Positions 58,276 through 64,000 of a stretch of 64,000 nucleotides of DNA are shown one piece after another. The notes beneath the pieces are model-generated. The model was not told the DNA's origin and made no database searches. It saw nothing but the letters and a program-made list of their open reading frames with translations. This DNA comes from Candidatus Omnitrophota bacterium. Lineage in GTDB: Bacteria > Omnitrophota > Gorgyraeia > Pluralincolimonadales > Pluralincolimonadaceae. A program made the position numbers and the translations under genes. Each line of letters begins with the position of its first letter. Position 1 is the stretch's first letter. Location of the stretch: assembly GCA_041653595.1 (NCBI GenBank), contig JBAZFB010000001.1, positions 68,467 through 132,466 on the forward strand, given 5' to 3'.

Positions 58276-59583
58276 ATGGAAAAGAAAGGGAAGATAAGGC
58301 AAAGCCTCAGGAATTCCTTCATAGACGGCGCATTCTGCTCGGCGATGATAGGTTTTGTCGACCAGTATATAACGCCGTTCGCGGTCGCGCTTAAGGCGAC
58401 GAGCGAGCAGATAGGCATGCTTACCGCTTTCCCGAACCTCGTCGCTTCCCTGATACAGCTCAAATCGGCGGACGTTACCGAACACCTCAAGAGCCGCATG
58501 AGGATAATAAGGATATTCGTATTCTTCCACGCCTTTATGTTCCTCCCTATCCTGCTTATACCGCTCATTTTCACCACTAACAGGGCGGGATGGCTTATCG
58601 TCTTTGTCACAATGGCGGCCTCTTTCAACGCGTTCCCGGGCCCGGCATGGACGAGCCTGATGGCCGACCATCTTCCCGCGCGCAGCAGGGGAAAGTATTT
58701 CGGCTGGAGGAACAGGCTGTTGGGCATGATCACCGTGGCGTGCGCGATTCTCGCGGGTTTTATCCTCAATATCTTCGGCAAGGATAAGCTCTACGGTTTC
58801 ATGGTGATACTCGGGCTTGCTTTTGTGTCGCGGTTCATATCCTGGTATTTCCTGAGCAAGATGTACGAGCCGCCGATAAAGGTCACGAGCGAGCACTATT
58901 TCACGTTCTGGGATTTCATAAAAAGGACGAAACAATCGAATTTCGCGAAGTTCGTCATATATGTCGCGAGCATCAGCTTCGCCCAAAATATCTCGGGGCC
59001 GTTCTTTGCGGTATATATGATCAGGGACCTCAATTTAAGTTACGGCATGTACACCATCATAGTGACGTCCTCGACCATAGCGACCCTGCTTACCATGGGG
59101 ATATGGGGAAGGCATGCCGACGTGGTCGGCAACATGAAGGTCATAAGGCTCACGTCGTTCTTCATACCGGTCATCCCGGTCTTATGGCTCTTTTCGCATA
59201 ATGTCTACTATCTTATAATAATCCAGCTGTTTGCCGGATATGTCTGGGCCGGATTCAACCTCTCGATATTTAATTTCGTATATGACGCGGTCACGCCGGA
59301 GAAGAGGACGCGCTGCGTCTCGTATTTTAACGTCATAAACGGGATGGCGATATGCTGCGGCGCCTTACTGGGAGGTTTCCTCGCAAAGAGCCTGCCGCCG
59401 ATATTCGGTTACCGGCTGCTGACCTTATTTTTGCTTTCGGGCGTCCTGCGGGCCGTATTTTCCGCGACTATACTTCCTATGGTAAAGGAGGTCAGGCGCG
59501 TGGAAAAGATCAGCAGCCTCGACCTCTTCTTCAGCATCACCCGGCTGCGGCCGATAGAGGTAGAAGGCGAAAAAGATATTTAG
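58276..59583 (+). CDS. MFS transporter
   Basis: 435 aa, 12 TM; MFS signature between TM2 and TM3 (GRHADVVG...). Confidence 0.75.
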   Translation: MEKKGKIRQSLRNSFIDGAFCSAMIGFVDQYITPFAVALKATSEQIGMLTAFPNLVASLIQLKSADVTEHLKSRMRIIRIFVFFHAFMFLPILLIPLIFTTNRAGWLIVFVTMAASFNAFPGPAWTSLMADHLPARSRGKYFGWRNRLLGMITVACAILAGFILNIFGKDKLYGFMVILGLAFVSRFISWYFLSKMYEPPIKVTSEHYFTFWDFIKRTKQSNFAKFVIYVASISFAQNISGPFFAVYMIRDLNLSYGMYTIIVTSSTIATLLTMGIWGRHADVVGNMKVIRLTSFFIPVIPVLWLFSHNVYYLIIIQLFAGYVWAGFNLSIFNFVYDAVTPEKRTRCVSYFNVINGMAICCGALLGGFLAKSLPPIFGYRLLTLFLLSGVLRAVFSATILPMVKEVRRVEKISSLDLFFSITRLRPIEVEGEKDI

Positions 59584-59668
59584 GGACGGTTCTTGAGCTA
59601 ATCGGAAAAGTGTCCCCCATCCAAATACTAAGGGGACACTTTTAGCTTTGGCTCAAGAACCGTCCCTC
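59581..59668. repeat. REP doublet: two inverted copies of the same REP-like element found around the RAYT gene
   Basis: TAGGGACGGTTCTTGAGCTAATCGGAAAAGTGTCCCCC at 59581-59618 and its inverted copy at 59632-59668. The first copy begins at the MFS stop codon; the second ends 2 nt after the GH116-like stop. Confidence 0.7.
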
Positions 59669-61961
59669 TTATTTTCCGGAAGAGGGACTTAAGGATATTC
59701 TCGTATGGGTCGTCTATCTCCAGTAAGAGTTCCCAGACGGCGCGGGCGCGCTGGTATTGCTCGGGATTGGTCGGCCGCGGAGTGCCCCCTCCGTCATGCC
59801 ATCCTTCGGGGGTGTTGAACCAGTAGGCGCTCGGTTCGTGTCCGTAGACGATATAATAGCAGCCGTACGCCGCCTTAAGCGCCTCTTCTTTAAGGCCGAG
59901 GTGGTACATGGTCGCGGCCATAAAATATGTGGAACCCGGCCAGACCTCCCTGGCCATGTTGATATTTATATCGCTTCCGTCGGCGTTCCTGCTGTTAATG
60001 GCTCCGCAGTCGCCCACGCCGTCGCCGTTAAAATCATTGAGCGGCACGACGCACATCTCATAGACCTTTTTCAGGTATCGGACCATACGCTCGCGCGGAA
60101 GGATATCGGGCAATTCCGTCGTCTCGCAGAACCTCTGGCCGTTCAGCCCGTCGGCCATTATGGCGCCGGAATTTTTTCCCGCGGTGTCCATCCTGTAATA
60201 CTGCCCCGCTTCATTCCACAGCTGTTTGTCGAGGTTTGTCCTCGCTTTATCAAGGAGTCCGAGCGCTTCCTTAAGTATCGGGTCGCGCTGGACATGCGCC
60301 AGCTTTACCACCGCCTCGAGCGCTCCGACCCAGAGCCCGCCGCATAAGAGGCTGGTGCCGTACAGGCCCCACGCGTCGTAGGTATTATCCGAACCGTTGT
60401 TGTTCGGCAGCCCGTCCCCGTCCGTGTCCTGGGACTTCATGTACTCGTAGGTCATCTTCACTGCCGCCCAGCAGTAATCTAGGAACTCCCTGTCCTCGCG
60501 GACATAATAATACCTGGCTACCTGCTGGATGAACTTGGCGTGCAGGTCTTTCCAGTGCAGCTTGTTCGTACCGTAGTTATCGAATTTGAAGAACGGGTCG
60601 TCAGCCGGCGCGCCGAAGTCGTGCGGCGTCTGGTGGAGGCTGTCGTAATGCATTATACCGTCGGCGAAACACCTCAATATGTCCCGTTCTATCTCCGGCC
60701 AGAACTTGAGCGTCAGTATCGAACAGTAATGCCTGACGTCGAAAGTCTCGCAGAACGGGTAGCCTATCGATTCCATGACGAAGAACTTATGGTCGTCCTC
60801 ATGGAGCCCCATATATTCCCGGTCGTGGCCGGACTTAAGCCCGGATTCGTAGAACGTCCCGCCGAACTGCGTGTAATATAATTCGTTGAAAGCCGCGGTC
60901 TTGAGCCAGGCCGGGTATTTCCTGTTCCTTATGACGGGATTCATCCACGCGTCGACCTTCTTCTCCCATTCCGGGTAATTCGCGAGGGCTTCTTTCGCGA
61001 TATTGAAGGATTGCGCGGAATCCCGTCCGAAATATTCGGTATATTTCCTCCACCACTCGGTACCGGTGACGCACGCGTCGCCGAATTTCACTACCGGAAA
61101 ATCCCACGAGAGGACGACCGGCACTACCTTTGACTCTCCGGGACCGAGCGAGACCTTGACCGCTATGGCCGCGGCCGAATCAGAACCGTCGAGCCTGCTG
61201 TTGCCGAGAAGGCCGTCGGCCTTAAAATCCCTCCAGACCTCGGAGCCGTCGCCGTCCTTATTCCAGCTGAGCGCGTATGTAAGGACCGCACCCTTATCCG
61301 CCCTGGATGCGACGCACCATTCCGAATTCTGTGTCTCGGGCGTATTGTCCGGGCGGTCGGCCTTTAAGACTATTCCGGTGATGTCGCCGTCATTTTTGAG
61401 GATATTTTTATAGCCCCTCCGGCGCAGGGACCCGCTGAAAGGCGGCTGCGGCCAGGTGAGCATAACCGAGGCCTCGGCTTTCTCCTTGGCAGGATTGGAA
61501 AATTTAAACTGCCAGACGGCGACAGGATAAGACGTCTCTTTGTAATTATTCGGGATTATAGGCGAGAAGAACTTCTGCGAGATATCGAGGGTGAAGCAGT
61601 CATACGTGACCCATCCCTTTGGCTGGAGGGCGCAATACGCCGCTTCCCCTTTATTTAATTTATCCCATGCCGGTTTTAGCGACGGGTTCGTCCCGAGCGT
61701 CTTTACTTTAGCCGGGCCGGACCCGACTTTCTCGTAGACATGGAACGCGCCCTCATAAAGCCATGTCTGGTCGTAGGCGCCGCACTTGAGCGCCCAAGGG
61801 CCGAACGCGCCGGAGATGCTGTACATGAAAGCTCCGGCGCCGAACCCCCCGAGCGCCACGCCCCTGTCCGGGCAGGAGCTCGCCGTGTTAGAAGGCACAT
61901 CGCCGAGACCCCTCTTCCAGGCGCAATCGGGTATCTCGAAAAAATCCCTCTTCCTCGTCAT
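59628..61961 (-). CDS. GH116-like (GBA2-type beta-glucosidase/glucosylceramidase family) glycoside hydrolase
   Basis: 777 aa. N-terminal beta-sandwich with GGFGAG motif, C-terminal (alpha/alpha)6-like region. Assignment by overall resemblance only. Confidence 0.5.
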   Translation of the reverse strand: MTRKRDFFEIPDCAWKRGLGDVPSNTASSCPDRGVALGGFGAGAFMYSISGAFGPWALKCGAYDQTWLYEGAFHVYEKVGSGPAKVKTLGTNPSLKPAWDKLNKGEAAYCALQPKGWVTYDCFTLDISQKFFSPIIPNNYKETSYPVAVWQFKFSNPAKEKAEASVMLTWPQPPFSGSLRRRGYKNILKNDGDITGIVLKADRPDNTPETQNSEWCVASRADKGAVLTYALSWNKDGDGSEVWRDFKADGLLGNSRLDGSDSAAAIAVKVSLGPGESKVVPVVLSWDFPVVKFGDACVTGTEWWRKYTEYFGRDSAQSFNIAKEALANYPEWEKKVDAWMNPVIRNRKYPAWLKTAAFNELYYTQFGGTFYESGLKSGHDREYMGLHEDDHKFFVMESIGYPFCETFDVRHYCSILTLKFWPEIERDILRCFADGIMHYDSLHQTPHDFGAPADDPFFKFDNYGTNKLHWKDLHAKFIQQVARYYYVREDREFLDYCWAAVKMTYEYMKSQDTDGDGLPNNNGSDNTYDAWGLYGTSLLCGGLWVGALEAVVKLAHVQRDPILKEALGLLDKARTNLDKQLWNEAGQYYRMDTAGKNSGAIMADGLNGQRFCETTELPDILPRERMVRYLKKVYEMCVVPLNDFNGDGVGDCGAINSRNADGSDININMAREVWPGSTYFMAATMYHLGLKEEALKAAYGCYYIVYGHEPSAYWFNTPEGWHDGGGTPRPTNPEQYQRARAVWELLLEIDDPYENILKSLFRKIRGTVLEPKLKVSP

Positions 61962-64000
61962 CTATTCCAGTTCTTCTTCTTTTATTACCTTTATTTGTAC
62001 CGGCCCTTTATAGATGCCGCCCTGCCTTTCGTTGTCGTATACCTTCACAGCTATCACATTCTGCGAATTGAGGTTCACGATGCCCGCCGGGATCTCGTAA
62101 TTCCTTTCTTTCTCCCATACCGACTGGACGTGCGGAGGGAACAAACCGCTCTTGCCTACGAGGTTATTGTTGAAGAAGGTCATATCGACATCGTCGATGC
62201 CCCCAAACTGGAGAGTTATCTTAGCGCCTTTCTCCTTCCAGATCTCCCTTCTCTCCTTGGAGAGCTTGAAGCTGTACCAATACCATGCGTATCCGTCGTA
62301 GTTGGCGAATCCCTGGGTCTCCCAGACCGCCGGCACATTTACCTCTTTCCACTCCCTGCCCGGAAATTTCAGTTTAGCCCAATTGATATCGTCGCCGGTC
62401 CTGAAATACCATTTGCCCGAAAGGTCCAGCGTATCGAGGACCTTCTTCGGCTTGGTGAAACCGCAGAGTTTAATCGCTTTCTTGATGTTCTTGTTCTGCG
62501 CGAAATATTTCCAGACCATCCCGGTCCTGTAGTTCTCTATCATAAGGACTATCGGGCCCTGGTCGATGCCGATATATTTCGATGAGACCCAGTTCCTGTC
62601 CCAGTTGAACGCGTCGACGAAACCGTATTTGCCCCAGATCTTGTCCCTGTAATTGGCATACATATACCTGGCCGCCTTTATCGAGAGGTCCGGGGTAAAG
62701 ATGATGGAGGATATCGCCGCTGTAGGCGATACCGTCCCGTCGTTCTCGCCGTTAGGGGCCCCGTAGGCCTTGTAGCCGTCCGGTCCGTCGCAGGCGGTCA
62801 GTCCCCAGCAGTCCGGGCCGTAGGTCTTGCTGCGGTTCGCATTGTCGATGCACCACTGCCTGTTAGCCATCGTCGCCTGGACCGAGTTTTGGAAATAATC
62901 CATGAAGCTATCTTCTTTGCCCTTGAAATCGACGTAGCAGTGCGAATACTGGTGGGTAAATAAAGCCGGCGGGCCGGTGAACCTGAAGCCTTTATAGGTC
63001 GTGAAACCCCTGTTATAGGCGCTCCAGGAATCGGGCGACATCGGATGCGTATCCGAACCTATGCCCATAAAATACAGCACCAGGTGTTCGGAGGTATAAC
63101 CCGACCACCTGTAAGGCAGAAAACCCTTCTCCGGGAACCAGCCCATGCTCGGGGTGGTGCCGTTGTCCATCATCCACGCCCAATCGACCCTGTCGCAGAT
63201 CTCCTTCGCAAGCCCCTCTATCTCGGTGCCTTTGTAATATTCTCCCACGAAGACGACTCCGGCCAGGAGCAGCGTCGTATCTATCGAGGAGAGCTCGCAA
63301 TCGCCCCAGCGCTTCCCTGTCTTCATGTCCAGGAAATGATAATAGAAACCGTGGACGCATTCTGCCCTGTCCCTGAAGAACTTAAGGGTCGTGATTATCC
63401 TCTCTTTTACCTTGTCTTCCGGGAGCCAGCCGCGTTCCACTGCCACGCAGAGCGCGGGCAGGCCGAACCCGACCGACGCGATGCTGGCCATCGGCGAATT
63501 GTCCTTGAGGAGGGTATTGCAGGTATCCTTGATCAGACCGTTCTCGGGATTCGCTTCCTCCCAGAAGAACATGCACGCCGAATGCTCAATGAGGTCTAGG
63601 AACTGTTCGTCGGTCATCGTCGATGGCTCAGGCGCCTTGCATCTTATCGGCTGCGGCCTGGAAACGTTCGTCCTCTCGCCCTCAAGGGTGAGCCCGTCCA
63701 AATAGATCACCCCGGAGAACGGCTGTCCGTAATCATTGCGGAACGTGACCGAAAAATTATCCATATTGTACCAATCGTATATCGATTTAAAATCCGCCAG
63801 GGGGATCGTGACTTTCTGCCATCCCGCAGTCACGCCTGCCGGAAGATATGTCTTTATATCCAGCTTCTCCTCGAACGACGAGCCGTCTTTCATTCCTACT
63901 TTAAATACTTCTCCGCCCTTCTCCCCCTTCACCCAGAAAATGACAATCCCGTATTTGCTCAGGTCCTTTCCGACCAGGCCGAACCAGAAACCCGATTCCT
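61962..64000 (-). CDS. Glucoamylase-like DUF3131/GH144-like (beta-1,2-glucanase family) hydrolase with C-terminal GH2-type sugar-binding jelly roll; N-terminus probably beyond the window
   Basis: WGKYGFVDAFNWD...GIDQGPIVLMIENY motif region. The ORF stays open in frame upstream of the first Met toward the window end. Confidence 0.5.
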   Translation of the reverse strand, partial: ESGFWFGLVGKDLSKYGIVIFWVKGEKGGEVFKVGMKDGSSFEEKLDIKTYLPAGVTAGWQKVTIPLADFKSIYDWYNMDNFSVTFRNDYGQPFSGVIYLDGLTLEGERTNVSRPQPIRCKAPEPSTMTDEQFLDLIEHSACMFFWEEANPENGLIKDTCNTLLKDNSPMASIASVGFGLPALCVAVERGWLPEDKVKERIITTLKFFRDRAECVHGFYYHFLDMKTGKRWGDCELSSIDTTLLLAGVVFVGEYYKGTEIEGLAKEICDRVDWAWMMDNGTTPSMGWFPEKGFLPYRWSGYTSEHLVLYFMGIGSDTHPMSPDSWSAYNRGFTTYKGFRFTGPPALFTHQYSHCYVDFKGKEDSFMDYFQNSVQATMANRQWCIDNANRSKTYGPDCWGLTACDGPDGYKAYGAPNGENDGTVSPTAAISSIIFTPDLSIKAARYMYANYRDKIWGKYGFVDAFNWDRNWVSSKYIGIDQGPIVLMIENYRTGMVWKYFAQNKNIKKAIKLCGFTKPKKVLDTLDLSGKWYFRTGDDINWAKLKFPGREWKEVNVPAVWETQGFANYDGYAWYWYSFKLSKERREIWKEKGAKITLQFGGIDDVDMTFFNNNLVGKSGLFPPHVQSVWEKERNYEIPAGIVNLNSQNVIAVKVYDNERQGGIYKGPVQIKVIKEEELE

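Noticed and set aside
58228-58986. 252-aa minus-strand ORF
   Set aside because: It is antisense to a convincing 12-TM MFS transporter gene.
1-64000. CRISPR arrays, rRNA and tRNA genes
   Set aside because: No regularly spaced direct repeats with unique spacers, no rRNA-like conserved stretches and no tRNA cloverleaf signatures were seen in the intergenic regions. The only repeat families are REP-like elements and palindromic hairpins.

Overview
This 64 kb window looks like a contiguous bacterial chromosomal segment, and nearly all real genes are on the minus strand. Most antisense ORFs on the plus strand are artefacts. By eye the housekeeping genes are GC3-rich. The gene content suggests an anaerobe: class II B12-dependent RNR (nrdJ), ADP-forming acetyl-CoA synthetase, a Re-citrate-synthase-like gene, a ferredoxin and radical SAM enzymes.

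Content in order along the window:
- Tandem ddl-family ATP-grasp ligases.
- A TM-helix membrane protein, a secreted TPR protein, and ogg, dcd, nrdJ, gpmA.
- A UvrD/PcrA helicase, a NUDIX hydrolase, an adenosine-specific-kinase family protein, a YqeY-domain protein, tatC, and a tatA that is absent from the ORF track.
- A GH5 mannanase with a PEP-CTERM-like tail, a membrane-fused spermidine-synthase-like protein, and a polyprenyl synthase.
- An AmmeMemoRadiSam-type radical SAM enzyme next to a tiny Tat-signal ORF.
- A TCA module: an HMGL-family synthase, LDH-type MDH, and LeuCD-type aconitase-family subunits.
- A 7 kb operon: ACD–gcvT–gcvH–gcvPA–gcvPB–lipoyl/octanoyl transferase–ferredoxin.
- An AT-rich island carrying a secreted esterase, a 1120-aa transglutaminase-like/TPR protein, then a GT2 synthase, a 2091-aa Sec-secreted RHS/YD-repeat polymorphic toxin and a small membrane immunity candidate. 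The toxin has an N-terminal array of a 26-aa repeat, a C39-like peptidase domain, and an unrecognised C-terminal domain after the DPxGL motif.
- A 2406-aa multidomain secreted glycoside hydrolase.
- A response regulator, histidine kinase, glycogen debranching enzyme and BFN nuclease operon.
- A REP-associated tyrosine transposase (RAYT) flanked by inverted REP-like repeats, with a second REP doublet 2.5 kb away.
- rlmI-like methyltransferase, an MFS transporter, and GH116-like and GH144/DUF3131-like hydrolases.

No rRNA, tRNA or CRISPR array was recognised. The most interesting candidate system is the GT2–RHS toxin–immunity locus and its neighbouring AT-rich island.
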